Source: Glycera tridactyla (lineage: Eukaryota). Taken from it: a stretch of DNA of 64,000 nucleotides. Numbering within the stretch: position 1 is the first letter of the stretch; each line of letters starts with the position of its first letter. A program made the position numbers and the translations under genes. The stretch is from positions 22,444,001 through 22,508,000 of the forward strand of contig OZ286476.1 in assembly GCA_965644265.1 (NCBI GenBank), in the 5' to 3' direction. This document shows, piece by piece, positions 36,845 through 51,110 of the stretch. The notes below the pieces were generated by a model, which saw only the letters and a program-made list of their open reading frames with translations, was not told the origin of the DNA and made no database searches.

Positions 36845-37900
36845 CTTTGATTATCATTAGAGGTGAGTGTATTTTTTTTCGAATTCAACTAAGGTTCATT
36901 CGCGAGTATGAACGCAAATAGAAACTTGTGTCGATTCTTTGAAAGTATGGTCATCAGACAGGTAGAATTCATGGTTTTGCAAATGGCTTTCCAATCTACC
37001 CTCTCATCTAGAGGTTATAGTGAATTTTCCCTTATGGCAGAGCGCCCATGATGTGTACTCTATGGTCAATTCTCTTTTCTGCAAGCTGCATTTCAGTGAT
37101 TCCTCCAGAGAAGATGTATCCAAAACACAATAATCAAATCAGATAGAGCAGAATTCATCATTGCTCTTTATGAGAAAAGTTTACATTCTCCACGCCACAC
37201 TTGACAGCCTCGTGGCTCATATCAGTGCGTCGCTTCGATCACTACTTCAGCACTGTGGGTGATTTCAGACTGCAGTGTCAATGTATCTGCTTATCTGTGG
37301 CATGAAACATGTCTGTTACTGGTGGGTAGATTGCAATTGTGGCAACAATTATTTCGTCAAAACTAGGGCCACTAAAGAAGTGGAACTCATCTCAATTGTT
37401 GCTCACAAATCAAGGTGAACACTCAAACCCAATCTCAATTTGGCTCAAAATGTATAGTAGGTTCTCCAACTCACCCCAAGGTGGATGCTTCATTGTGCGG
37501 TCATAGCAAACAGATTTATAAGCGTTATGAGCAATCATATGTCAAAATGATCCATCCATTTTTGCTTCGAGGTTGAGGTCATTCTATGTGATAACAATCA
37601 CTTCAACAACGATCACTATCCTTCGTGAAGAGCCATATTGCTTGTATTGAAAGATATCCACATAATCTTTTTTCCAACAGCCATATAACGGTAACTGCAC
37701 CCAAATGAGCCATGAGACCAGCCAGGTTCCTAATGAAGTACTGGATCGCCTTATGTTTTGCCCATAACCCAATCTTACTCATACCCCTGCTCCTACCAAT
37801 GATACTATTGATTGCACACCTAATAGTCTGCATACTCATTTTATATTCACCCACCTTCATTCTTACTATTGTCAGTGCAGTTTCATAATTTGACAATCCC
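36845..37900 (+). pseudogene. Older, more diverged paralog of the 7250-8980 LRR region
   Basis: SWFCKWLSNLPS, GNCT...SQVP..VLD and HNPILLIP are conserved with copies A and B. Confidence 0.45.
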
Positions 37901-37962
37901 TCTCGCTCCCTAAAAATTGTATCTAGGGTTTATCGGAGCGATGCCAGTGGGGGCCAGAGAAT

Positions 37963-38116
37963 NNNNNNNNNNNNNNNNNNNNNNNNNNNNNNNNNNNNNN
38001 NNNNNNNNNNNNNNNNNNNNNNNNNNNNNNNNNNNNNNNNNNNNNNNNNNNNNNNNNNNNNNNNNNNNNNNNNNNNNNNNNNNNNNNNNNNNNNNNNNNN
38101 NNNNNNNNNNNNNNNN
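37963..38116. other. Assembly gap (N run)
   Basis: 154 N. Confidence 1.
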
Positions 38117-38749
38117 ATCCTCTTCGCAATTGCAATCATTGGGTGAATCTTATAGCTTGCTCCACTCCATACATATATAATGGTTTGATTACTCCTGTCG
38201 TGCTCATCATGGACCCCCTTGTACAAATCCCACTACTTATAGCATTAACTGAATAACTGAATCAAAATACGAATGTCAGCACTGAAAGCCAAAGACAACA
38301 ATGACATTGCGATTTCTCTTTCTTCTTCTCTGTCTCTCACTTACCTCTGCATACATGAATCATGTCTTGCTCATGCAGCCAATTTGAGAGTTGCAAATGG
38401 TTAAAGATCGCATCTGGCAAATATTCTTTTTTTATTCCCAGACAGTCATTCTGTATTCTTTTTGTCTATCCATTTTTCTGAGAGTTCACTGAGAAAAACA
38501 TATGATGCGTAAGAATGAAGCTGCTCTCGAGCACCCGCTTCTGTGTAGTCGTCAGCCTCTTTTATATCAAATAATTGAGGTTTTGGACAAGAGAGAACTA
38601 CATGTGGGAGTATTACTTGTCTTCTTGAAATATGTTCATCATCCTCACTCCCCTCGGGCCCGGACAATATAGGCCTCTCTCCACGACAAGAGCTGATAAA
38701 ACAAATTGTGTTATCTGTTATCTGTTATCTGTTATCAAATAGTAGGAAT

Positions 38750-41700
38750 AACCTTGATGCAAATTCATCAGCCAAGCACAAATTACTAGCAATGTGACCC
38801 TACATTTTTTTCACTTTTTTGACTCATAGGACGATTGCGAACATTATGAGTGATTTCTGTGCAATTCTGAACGTCAGTTTTGTTCCATGTGGGAAAAAAA
38901 TGCAAATTTACATGGTATTCCCGGGAAAACATGGTATTTAGGGGGTCAACATCTGATATTATTCAATTTTTATGTACTATTTTGAGGCCATCTTTTTCAA
39001 GTTTCCTGCCAAGCATGGTTTATCTGTCATTGTGTTTTGATAGTGAATGAGATACCCAGGATATTCATGTTTTTTAAATCATGTCAAAACCTGAAAATGA
39101 TACTCGCATGCCTCCAGTTGACATGTCCTGGTGGTGTGGTTTCATCCGTGACCCCTTGTTTTCTTGACATTTATCTTGAGCATATATCAGTACCAAGCTG
39201 CCAGTAAAATATTGAAGATTCTGAACGTCAGAAGTGAACTGTAGCGATTGTCTTTGATGACGGCAGGCAATATTACATGAATGAGCGATAGCCCATATTC
39301 CCTGAATTATACAGGAATAGATCACTGAGATATGTCATGTTTCCCTGTAGGCAATCACATTGGTGGGCAATTGATGCGCAAGTACATGGAACCCATATCG
39401 AGATGTATTACAGGCGCACAAAGAATTGAGATCTGACACCATATCTTACAGTATGCAGTAACCCTTGCCCTGAGCAAGACCTGTGTAAGCAAGAACCTAC
39501 CCTAAGCAACGGGATTCCGTTTATCCCGTCAAGATTTCTTTCACTATGATTGAGCATGAACTTGCCCTAGGCACACCTTCAGGTGACTTAATACTTAGGA
39601 CACGCCTGATTGTATGTAGCAGACAGGTGGAGAAGCATGACCAAGGCGTGCACTATTCTGTATGAGCCTTCCATTGAAAAGAGATCTCAGGGAATTGAAT
39701 GAAACATTCAACATGAACAAACTTTCAATTTTTTTATGAATTTTGATGAAATAGATTCCATATTCTCTGTTCTTATGCAAAATCCCACATAAGTGTTGTC
39801 ACCCATGCCTAACCAAGTTCATTACCATCACCGATAGGATGTAGCTCTCATGTAGTGTGCTTGGAATTTGTGCCAAACTATGTTTGATTTAAGAACTTCA
39901 CTAGGCAAAAGACATGAGACCCCAGAGGGTCATACTACATGCTGATGCACGGAAGATAGATCTAGATGATCAAGGCATGAGATACAAATCATACTTTAGC
40001 CAACTTTTGTGATGATTTGATCTTTATGATCGGTTATATGAGTAGCTCCATTGAAAACAGTGGCTAGAGCTCAGCTGGTCTAAATGAATGGAAGGCATGA
40101 TGAAATTTGACTCATGTTTACATTTCTGAGGTAGTAATGATTGATTTCAGATAAACTTTCATGGCCTGGGATGGAAATATGGTGACAGGACAAGTGAAGA
40201 CGTCCATAGTATTCAAGTTCATCAGAAGTCATATATCAGAGATTTCATCCAATTAGCTTAGAAAGAAAATTAATTCATGACAGATTTTTCTTATCGAATG
40301 CCCCATCCATCTGAGTTATGTATGTTGCAGACATTGATTCTGACTGGTAGCCAGGCGAGCAGGNNNNNNNNNNNNNNNNNNNNNNNNNNNNNNNNNNNNN
40401 NNNNNNNNNNNNNNNNNNNNNNNNNNNNNNNNNNNNNNNNNNNNNNNNNNNNNNNNNNNNNNNNNNNNNNNNNNNNNNNNNNNNNNNNNNNNNNNNNNNN
40501 NNNNNNNNNNNNNNNNNNNNNNNNNNNNNNNNNNNNNNNNNNNNNNNNNNNNNNNNNNNNNNNNNNNNNNNNNNNNNNNNNNNNNNNNTGATGCTGATTG
40601 GCATCCTCCCGTAAGAGGTTTTCATTATCAGTACCTGATAAAAGGAGCTTACCTGGATATAATGATATCAGAAGCAAGATGCGAACCTTCAGATGTTGGT
40701 AAAGCATCCAATCCAGCATCGTTCCTACTTTGATCAAATTGTATTCAGGCCGAGCTGGCGTGTGGTAGACTTGAATTGATTCCAACTCGATATGAAATGT
40801 GATTGCCAGGATTTTGACCTCACCTTGAGAAAAGCAAGCACCACCTCTAGTGAGATATATTGTCACTATTCTGCAGATGGCGAGGGCATCGGGTAGCCCT
40901 TCTGAAATCAAAGATCTTTCATTGCATGCACCAGTGACTCGATTATATCAACTCGATCTGATCTTCTCAAAGCATGATGGTGGTGAATGCAGATCGTACA
41001 TTCCTGGATGAAAGTTTGAAGCAGGGAGCTGGAAATGACACTCTCGAGGTCTGTGAATCTTATGAATATTCATATTCTGTTGAGTAACTGGAAGGAGAAG
41101 TCTCGAAAGATCTTATCCATACACACTGCATGGACGCCCAAATATAGACAAAATGGCACTACCATTACGTAAAACAGCCAACCAACAAACACCTGGTGAG
41201 TGTTGCGGTTGTGTTTGTGGGGTGGCAATCTATTCATTTTGCTACTCTTGATGAGCACGTAGGCTTTGCTGTTCCATTAGATTTTCATCATTCTAGTGGA
41301 AGAAATGACAATCCAAGGAATCATCAGTTGAATTTGTATCAGGGTTGAATGCTGGTTAGGGTTTTGTCAATGAACAATGCTCAATGCTTGCTCAGAAAAA
41401 AACAATCACTATACACCCTCAAAAAAGGTCTTGGCATATGTCTCAATTTCTGATGATGAAAACAATACCTGATAATGCTGTAATCATAAAGGATGCCCCG
41501 AGTGCCAGGGACAGAGTCACAGTACAGGCTAGACAAAGTAGCTGGTCCTAGCACTGCACCTATGTCCATGACACGACTGGCATTCTACATTTACCATCCA
41601 ATATTTCTATCTCAAAAATTGAATTCAATATTTGAAATCCTCCTGAGTTTAGAATTCTGGCTGAGAATGATGGCAGCATCTTGTCAGGCTACCATTTGAC

Positions 41701-42100
41701 CTCGACTTGATCATGATGCCATGAAGCAGGGCATGATGAACAATCAATTGATTGTGCAGGGAGACCATGTCAGTTGACCTGAGATGGGTCACCATATGCT
41801 AGTGGTAGGTTACCACCTGCCTGCGAACCAGAGCGATTACCTACATGCTAGACACGATATAGGATAATAATGGCTGCTACCAATGTTCTTGTTACCCTTA
41901 TTGTCGATCAACAGTCTGTAAGATACCAGGACTAGGATGATCTCGGATGAAGAACTGACTCCAATAGACACAGAAGACATTTTTCAATCAGGATAAACTC
42001 CAGACGAGCTTCGAACATTGAGTCTGATTCGATAGAAAACCTCTTTCTTCCAGATAGCCAAATATTCTGGAAGGATGTATTCACATCCTGGACAACATAA
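38750..42100 (+). pseudogene. TLR-like pseudogene remnant(s), copy 1 of the second tandem duplication
   Basis: LKILNV, AGNIT, HTFR*LNT (LRR-like). LRRCT KCDCQDF...IYC (from 40795). TIR-like EKSRKILSI (41095-41121) and LPDSQIFWK. Confidence 0.5.
40364..40588. other. Assembly gap (N run)
   Basis: 225 N. Confidence 1.
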
Positions 42101-42239
42101 GCAAAATGTAGTTATTCAAAGAAACCAAGTTATTCATCATATAATGAAGGCAATGTGGAGGCACTTCCACAAAATGTGTGGTATGATGAGCCTGATCCTT
42201 TCACCGAATAGTGACTGGATGGTTGGCAATGTGGAGCAC

Positions 42240-45200
42240 CGCAGAGGATTACACTACTTGTGATGTCATCAATCTACAGCTGACTTGTAACATGTACCTC
42301 GTGAACAGCTTGATGTATGCTGCATCAAATTCAATGAAGGCAGAATGAGTGATAACCCATATTGCCCGAATCATACAAGAATAGATCGCTGAGATATGTC
42401 CTCTTAGGTAATCACATCAACAGTAATGATTGATGGGAAAACTACATGAAACCCATATTGAAATGTATTACAGGGGCACGCAATCGAGATTTGATGCCAT
42501 ATCTGATGGTATGCAGCACATCTTGCCCTAAGCAAGACCTGCACTAAGCAAGAACCTGCCCTGAGCAACAGGCTTTTGTTCATATAGTCAGAATATTTTT
42601 CACTATCATTTACCTGTTCCAAGCGTGAACTTGCCCTAGGCTCACATGTTTTCTCACATCCCACGAGCAACATGCTTAGGACAAGTTTGACTGCATAAAC
42701 CAGGTGTGCACTAGACTCCTACCCTACCCACCCTACATATTCTATCGTTACAATTCGCGAGGATACTCCAGTCCCTCCATCGAAAGAGATTTTCCAGATA
42801 TTGAATGCTACATTCGACAAGCACAATTTCAGAAATTTTGTAGAAATTTCGATGAAATAAATTCTGGATCTTCAGCTATTATGCAAAATTTCACTGGAGT
42901 GTTGTCATCTATGCCAATCCAAGTTCATTACCAATACAAAGAAGATGTACGTCTCATGTAGTGTGCATGGTGTGTCATTCTGTGTTTAATTTATGGACTT
43001 CATCAGGCAAAAGACATCAGACCCTGGAGGGTCATATCACCTACCAATGCCACGGAGATAGATTTACAAGATCGAGGCATGAGATACCAATCATACTTCA
43101 GCGAACGTTCATGATGATTCAATCTTTATGATCGGTTACATGACTATGTCCATGCTTAATAAATAAAGTTTAATCCAGTCAAACCAGAAACAGTGGCTTG
43201 AGTTCAGCTGATTATGATGACTGAAGGGCGAAATGAAATTTGATTCGTGCTCATATTTTGGGTAGAAGTAGTGAATTTCAAATAAAATCTCAAAAGTCTG
43301 GGATCGAGTATTCTGATATAAACGTGCCAGGCGCAATGCACCTGGTCAACAAGACTGTAGGAGATTCACTGTCATAAAATTCTATGGTGACTGCGGTGAT
43401 CTGAGTAGCCCATCACAATCAAATGAAAATATGATGACATGACAAATGGAGATGTCAAACAGTATTTGAGTCCAATACAAGTCATGGATCAGAGATTTCA
43501 TCCTAAGTTAAGAAAGAACATTTATGAGAGGTTCATTTCATCGAATGCCCACATTTCCTGAGTGATGTATGTAGCAGACACTGATTTTGACTGATAGCCA
43601 GACGAGCATGGTAGATCAAAAGTTGCCATTATGATGATGATGATAATGATGATGATGATGATGATGATGCCAATGCTGCTGCTTCTGCTACTAATGATAA
43701 GAATATGGTGATGATGACGATGATGATAATGTCAGCGATGTCCCTCCTATTGGCCAGCCAGCAATATATTTTCAGTTATGTCGCTATGAACCTTTAATTG
43801 CACTTTTAATTTACTTCGAATATGTTCTCTCTGAATGCCCACGAATATGGCACTCACTTCACAGATGATAATTCTAAGGTTGACAAATCTAACTATCAAT
43901 AATATCACAACATTAGTATAATTTGCGTCACCTGTTTGTATTTTTGTATCAATGTATGCGTCATAATTCTTATTTTCATGAATCAGTGTAAGTGGTATGG
44001 TGCACCGAAATCATCAGGAATATACATATACTATAAATAGGACATATGAGAGGGTCTATTCATATTCATCCATTCTCATCTCAAACATCTCCATTTCGTC
44101 CATACCCAATTGGTAAATATCATCCAAATTCATTATGTCGTATTCGAATGTTTGCTAATCCTGTCGTCATCCTGAAGATGCATGCCTTGCGCACCCAAAT
44201 GTAGGCTACATGACGGAGTTAGATAAACTGTTAAAAACAAAAACATGATGATGATGATGATGATAATGATGATGATGGTGGTGGTGGTGGTGATGATGAT
44301 GATAATGATGATGCTGTATTAACATCCCGTAAGAGGATTCCATCATCGGTACATGATAGAAGGAGCTTACCTATATAAAATGATATCAGAGGCGAGAAGT
44401 GAATCTTCAGATGTTGGCAAAGCATCCAATCCAGCATCCTTCCTTCTTGATTCGAGTTGTATTCAGGCCGAGCTGGAGTATGGTAGACTTAAATTAATTC
44501 CAACTTGATTGGAAATGTGATTGCACAGGATTTGCCCTCGCCTTAAGAAAAGAGAACACCACCTCTAGTGAGATATATTGTCACTATTCAGCAGATGGCG
44601 AGAGCATTGGGTAGCCCTTCTGAAATCCAAGATCCTTCATTGCATGCACCAGTGGCTTGATTATATCAACTCAATCTAGTCTTCTCAAAGGTTGGTGGTG
44701 GTGAATGCAGAACCTACATTGCTGGATGAAAGTTTGAAGGAGGGGGTTGGTGTCTGAGAAATGACACTCTTGAGGTCTGTGAATCTCATGGCTATTCATC
44801 TTCTAGTGAGGAGCTGTAAGGAGAAGACTTGAGAGATCTCATCCATACACACCGCATAGACACCCAAATATAGACGGAATGGCACTACCATTACGTGAAA
44901 CAGCCAACCAACAAACACCTGGTGAGTGTTGTGGTTGTGTTTGTGAAGTGGTGATCTATTATGATTACCATCATTTTGCTACTCTTGATGAGAACCTAGG
45001 CCTCACCGTTTTATTGTATTTTCATTATTCTAGTGGAAGTGATGGCAATCCAGGGAATCATCTAATGACCTTGTATCAGGGTTAAATACTGGTCAGGGTT
45101 TCGTCAATGAACAATGCTCCATGCTTGCTCAGAAAAAATCAATTACCCACACCCTCACAATAGGTCTCGGCATATGTCTCAATTTCCGATAATAGAAACA

Positions 45201-45900
45201 ATTCCAGATAATGCTGTAATCATGAAGAATGTCCCAAGTGCTGGGTACAGAGTCGTGGTACAGGCCGAGTAGCTGGTCCTAGCACTGCACCTGTGGTCAT
45301 GGCATTATTGACACTCTATATTTATTCTATTTCAAAAATTGAATTCAACATTTGAAACAGTCTGGAAATCTGCCAGCGAATGACCGCTGCATCTTGTCAG
45401 ACTACCACTTGACCTCAACTTGTTCATGCTGTAATGAAGTTGGGCGTGATGAACAATCTATTGAGTGATCAGAGAGACCATGTTAGTTGACTTGGGATGA
45501 GTCACCATATGCTTGTGGGCGGTCACCACCTGGAAGTAAAACAGGGCGATTACATACATGCTAGATGCGATATGGGATGATAATGGCTGCTACCAATGCT
45601 CTTGATACCGCTATTATCAATCAACAGTCCGGATACCAGGACTCCATCGCTATCTCGTCATCGAGAGATTGAGCTATCATAAAAGGCAACAGTTGGTCGG
45701 TCCTTCTGCTAGTGAACCCGATGAACAACTGATTCCATTAAATACAGAAGACATGTTTTAATTAGTTTCACATCAAATTTCTCTGATGGACTCGAGACGA
45801 GCTTCAAACGTTGATTCTGATCTGATGAAAAAACCCATTCTTTCAGATAGCTAAATATTCTGGAAGGATGTATTCACATCCTGGACAACATAAGCAAAAC
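42240..45900 (+). pseudogene. TLR-like pseudogene remnant(s), copy 2 of the second tandem duplication
   Basis: LRRCT-like DWKCDCTGFALALRKENTTSSEIYCHYSADGESIG*PF*NPRSFIAC at 44507-44647. Colinear with 39240-42100. Confidence 0.6.
43625..43735. repeat. Degenerate (GAT)n microsatellite (a second run at ~44245-44312)
   Basis: Trinucleotide runs. Confidence 0.85.
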
Positions 45901-46173
45901 TAGGCCAGGCCCGTGCCATGCAGAGATGTATATCATGTTGGTTTTCCATGAGTTGATGGACCATTTGTATATCGTCGAACATGCCAGAGAGACGACCTTT
46001 GTACAAAGTTTACCTGCCTACAGATGCAGCGCTGAGCTGTAATATTTTTAGTATTCTCTATAGTGAATGACCTGTAGGTACTGAAAGAAAAGTTTTTTGG
46101 CAGATAAGTTCTTCAGATTGATGATGAGCCCAGCTCTTGGACCTTATTTCTGCCTTTTTTGCCCATTGATATA

Positions 46174-46315
46174 CAGTGAAACCTGTATTAAGCAACCACT
46201 GTATTGTGCAACCACCTGTTTTAAGCAACCTCTTACTGATTTCCCACCAAAGTATTTTTCACTTTAATTCACTTGGATTGAGCAAGAACCTGTATTCAGC
46301 AACCACTTTGTTTTA
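46174..46315 (+). mobile_element. Left end of a Tigger/pogo-like MITE (partial)
   Basis: TA followed by CAGTGAAACCTG, then repeated AGCAACCAC subterminal motifs. No matching right TIR was found. Confidence 0.55.
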
Positions 46316-46844
46316 TTTATCAAAGTCTCATCACATTGAGCTGTGTCCTGAATATAGTGTGCCTTACAATCCAGTGTGGAAACCAGCAAGGTAGATGTTT
46401 GTATTTACCTTGCTGAAATAGTACATGAGTGCACTGCTCATTCATCTGGTCCCTCAGCTGCTCTTCACCTACTGTGTGAGATCACTGCTCCATCATTGCA
46501 CATTCTCACTGCCATTTCTCTGATCGATTCTCCCAGAGTTGATGAATTTTTTCAGGAAATTGTCAAAAATGAGTAATTTCATTACCAGTTGTGTAAAGGA
46601 TTGGATAGACAAAAACTACTTTGATAGGTACTTGCCGTTTATGAAATGGTGCAACCACTGTGACATCATTCATTCACTGGAATGTCCCCATTTAAATATA
46701 TAGATGTAGTTATTCAAAGAGACTAAGCTATTCATCATATAGTGATGGCAATGTGGAGGAGCATTCACAAACTTTGTGGTATGATGAGCCTGATACATTT
46801 TACCAAATGGTGACTGGATGATCGGCAATGTGGAGCATGGCAGA

Positions 46845-49450
46845 GGGTTACATTATTTGTGATGTCATCAATCTTCAACTGACATGAAACATGTACCTTG
46901 AGAACAGCTGCAATGTTAGCTGCCATCCAGATTAGCTGGTTACTGTCATCATGAGCGAGATTGTCCTTATGGTCTTGTCACTGATAAGATGTGACCGATG
47001 TTGTTGTCGTTAATCATTTGACATTTCCAGGATGCCAAATCGTGGTCGGTAGAGTCATCAAAGCATATCCAGAAGACCATCCCATCAACTTTCAATCATA
47101 CTTTTTTGGGGCACAATCTCTTATGACAGCATCGTCAGATCCATCTGAATGGAATTGCGCCATGGTTAAGCTTACTCATAGTTTCCGACCAATTGCAGAC
47201 CACTTCACTGCTTTTGCAAAAGGAAGCACGATGCCATTGTGTCTATGCAGAAAGTTATCGATTGGTGTATGTAGTGAGGGGTAATCTTTAATAGTCTGTT
47301 TCTTGCTTACACATTGCTAGGTTTTATATTAACTTACAACCAACATGCAGAATCTCCAAAATGACTTGCCAATATTCTGTATCTCTCTTTGATTATCCAC
47401 AATTCTAGGCACTTGATAGACATGATAATCAGTGTTTGTAGCACAAACCAGCACTAACCCATAGTGAATGAATTCAGAATTTACTCTGAAAGTGAAGTTT
47501 GATGAAGGGCATCTCTATTTGTACGACTGATATTTCTGTTAATTAATGACCAAACCATGATTCCCTCAGATCAATCAAGGAGAGGGTGTGTTTTAATCAT
47601 GGTGAAGAGGAATAATGTATGATTCTTCATTCACTATCGTCTATAAACAACAAGATACAGTCACCAAAGACAACAGTCACATGAATCCTTCAAAACTTTC
47701 TGCAAGAATCAGGCATTCAATTTACATACTATTCAGCGCCCATGATTTCTGAGTTACTCTATTGGTTCTGGTGAAGATGACCACATAAATGGTGTGATTA
47801 CTCACTGGTGTGATTATTCATGTAATCTCACTGTATTGCTTCAATTTGTGGTTGTATGTGATCATGGGAGAACAAGAGCAGCTGAATGATTTCACAACTA
47901 ACCTTGTCCGAAATTGAAATTGAAGTGTGTATTCTATCCTACCGGAGATAATGCAGGAAGATGGTGTCATGTATGAGAAACAGCGTTAGGAGATGATGAT
48001 GGTACTGTATGGTATACTTGCAGTACTTATGGTGTAGGACGAAGACCTCTTACAAGAAGATGATATCATCAGCGGATGGTGATGATGGCAAACACAGAGC
48101 ATATGGCAACAAGAGAAGACCTACTTGTAGTCATATGATGCTATTCTATGAGTTTATGTTCATACTACTTACTTTTCTTCAATGGAGTAAAGACTCTCTC
48201 TGAGCGGATTGTCAAGCATATGGATACATTTTATGGCAGCCATTCTATAAAAGCTTCATACATTTATTTCTGCATTAGCCTTGATATGCCCCTTCTCTCC
48301 TCTCACGCCCTACCCTCCATGTCCCTCCTTCATCTAATTCAATTGTATTGAATTCAATCAAGTTCCATGTTCTTTGTCGCATTGTGTCATATTTCTTTGT
48401 TCATACATGACAAAGTAAAATAAAGTTCTTCAATCAATCAATACACAGAGAAGATGATCAGAGCAGCAGCCCTACTTGATGTCGGGCATATGGTGTTATG
48501 CTATGACAGATGTCGTTGAGCTTTGAACTTATGACCACTTCAAATCACTAGACTATGGATGTAAACCTGTTGCAGTCGTATCAGTATGCACAATGAATTT
48601 GCCCGTAATACACGCTCTGGGTTACTGGGGAAGTTTACTATGGAGTATGATGGCATTGTAAGGCAGGCATGTGGCGAGATAATTTCAAAGCCAGTTCGAA
48701 GCTAATGTTTGATAACTGATCATGTCCGAAAATCATCCAGCATCGAATACATTTTCACGATGAGATCATATGACAAATACTGACATATGAGAGTATCAAC
48801 CTTACATGAGCCAAACATCCCGAGACACCAGAAATATGCCGAGGAATTTAAATAGTACTTAGAGCGAATAAAATGCATCCAGATCTTTGCTTTCAAGACC
48901 TATCTGAGGTAAAAATTGAGGAACTGAAATTTCAGGATAATGTCAAATCAGATTTTGGATGGAGTGACTAGTCCATTGCTTAGGTACTGGAGTGTCATCC
49001 CGTATTTGTCCATTTCTGTATTGTATTATGCGAAATTGATGCCTCTTGGAGAGTGAAACAACCTTTTGCTGCTCACTTTACCCGTCTTTTGCTTTCATTC
49101 ACATCTCGAATATTCGCTCTTCAGATGTAAATCCTTATGGCCCAGGTGACAGGCACTTAGCCAGGCTATAATTCCTGTGGTACATGAGATTTGCTTGGCA
49201 GATTCATAGTGTGTAGAGGAGCCAGATTATCGGTAATGAGCTACTGTGATGTGTGTGAACATCGAACAGGCTATTGGCATTGACCTGGGAGACCCCTATT
49301 CATTGTACCTGAATTAACCCTGCTTATGATCATCAGCATTAACTCTCACACAAATCACAATATGCCAAACCACCCGGACAAAAACCTTACCCTTCACATT
49401 CCAGAAGTACACTCTCCTCGATGACGGTTCAAAGAGGGAAGTGAGTCATA
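46845..49450 (+). pseudogene. TLR-like pseudogene, diverged paralog of 23580-25670
   Basis: YIICDVINLQL, NHLT..EDHPINFQSYFFG (ORF 46991-47284), YTCST, and TIR box-2-like CGT*DLLGRFIV (49176-49211). Confidence 0.5.
48180..48441 (+). mobile_element. LINE 3' UTR fragment
   Basis: AATAAAGTTCT followed by a (TCAA)n tail. Interrupts homology to the 24800 region. Confidence 0.45.
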
Positions 49451-50499
49451 AAACAGGCTGCTTTTTTATCATGGATGTATCAAACCTCTGAGCATACTTC
49501 TTTTCCTAGTAGGATTATGTTTGTTTGTAAGACTGTTTTGACTGATCACAGTCGTGCACCACTGCCAGAGCCTGAAGGTTCTGATCTTCCCAGTGCTGCT
49601 GTTACTTATTTTATTTATGGGTGACAGGTCTAATCTTGATAAGGCACGACCCTCTGGCTGTGATTGAAGTTTGAGCCTCTGCTCTTGTGCTTACATGTGT
49701 GTGTATGTTGATTAGGTGTATCAGTGTAGCTGGTTTTTGTAGTCACTTATTATAGCGCCACTGCTAACAATGTTTTCAGATCACAGATAGGCACTCACAC
49801 CATCACCCAGCCCTGGTGGTGTGTAGCCTCTTTCCATGTTTCGAGCCCAACACCGGGGGCCCCCGGCCACTTGCGTTATCTGTGACTATTGGTGTAGTGT
49901 ATTGTTCACCCATACCAGTACTGCATCCTCACACCCCAGCTGTGGTCACCCATCTCACGACAGGCTGCAGCCACAGCAATTCTACATTTGGGTCAAGTGT
50001 GAAGACACTACCACCACAACACGCAGCTCCCTTTATAGTCTCTAATCTATCGCATCATAGCATACTGTGATCCATCACCTTCTTTCTATTCCTCTCAGCA
50101 ATCATTGCTACACAACATGCTACTATTATGGAATTGTGATATGCAGACCCACAGATCCTTCATATCTTCAGATTGATCTCTGTCTGGATCTGTGCAATGA
50201 TATACTTTTGATTCTCTGAATCTCCATTTGCTTGTATTTGTCTGAAGTTTCAATCGATATTTTACTCAAAGGGCACATCCCGTAAATGTACAATGAGCGG
50301 TTCCTCATCATTATGTTCTTCAATTGCTCTGGCCATCGGTTCGCCATCACTGTCAAGTGAGATATCTTCCACTAATCATAAGACGATGAATAGCATATTA
50401 ATAGTAGAAATGATAGATGGGGATATAATTGTAATAGAGAAAAGTAGCAGACCATCAGGTGATCGCAGAGCTTTATCCTTTTCTCATCCAACTTTAATT

Positions 50500-51110
50500 G
50501 TGTTGTGTCCTGCTTGAACCGAAGTGAGGCAGACCTAAATTCCATTTTGATTAGGAGTGTGATTGCACAGTGATCGCACCAACACCTACATCAAATGCAC
50601 CAAACTCAGCAACTAATGTGTTGTCAAACCGAACCATTTATTCCCATTTCTGTTCACATACCACACTATTATTTCAGTTTATGACATGAGATACTGATGG
50701 AATTTGATCATGATTACAAATCGCATCGACAACACCTCTTGTTAAATAGTGCCTGAATACTATAGTTGATATCTAATCCACATGAAATTGGATGTCTCCC
50801 ATGACATGCATAAGTGGCTTTGATGCTGTCGATTCAATCAGCTACAATGGAAGTGACGGTACCACAAACCGCCATGCTCTTCATAGCCACACTTTGATCA
50901 ATGACGATTCGAAGCACATGCTGATATATGCAGATAAGTGCCGATCCTCAGGCCAGTGATGCTGGTATGTTATCAAGTATGTATCATTTCTCATCAGATA
51001 TGGCACTGTCAGTTCTCATGATGGGATTTGATCCGATACGCAAAACCCATAGCAGATATCATCATTGTTGTTCTGTCTGAAATGGTCTAAATCATATCTT
51101 ACTTAGCATT
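50500..51110 (+). pseudogene. TLR-like C-terminal remnant (LRRCT to TIR)
   Basis: ECDC (50555-50566). Frameshifted HD(R)DFDP-like stretch followed by in-frame KPIADIIIVVLSE (51043-51081), resembling TIR box 2 and beta-C. Homologous to 2550-2700. Confidence 0.5.

Noticed and set aside
37584-37896. Minus-strand ORF resembling GPCR TM2 (FIRNLA...GY..W)
   Set aside because: The frame is broken in both paralogs, the plus strand gives more consistent LRR motifs, and the domain order would be wrong for an LRR-GPCR.
30454-40911. Long ORFs containing X runs
   Set aside because: Artefacts of translating through N gaps.
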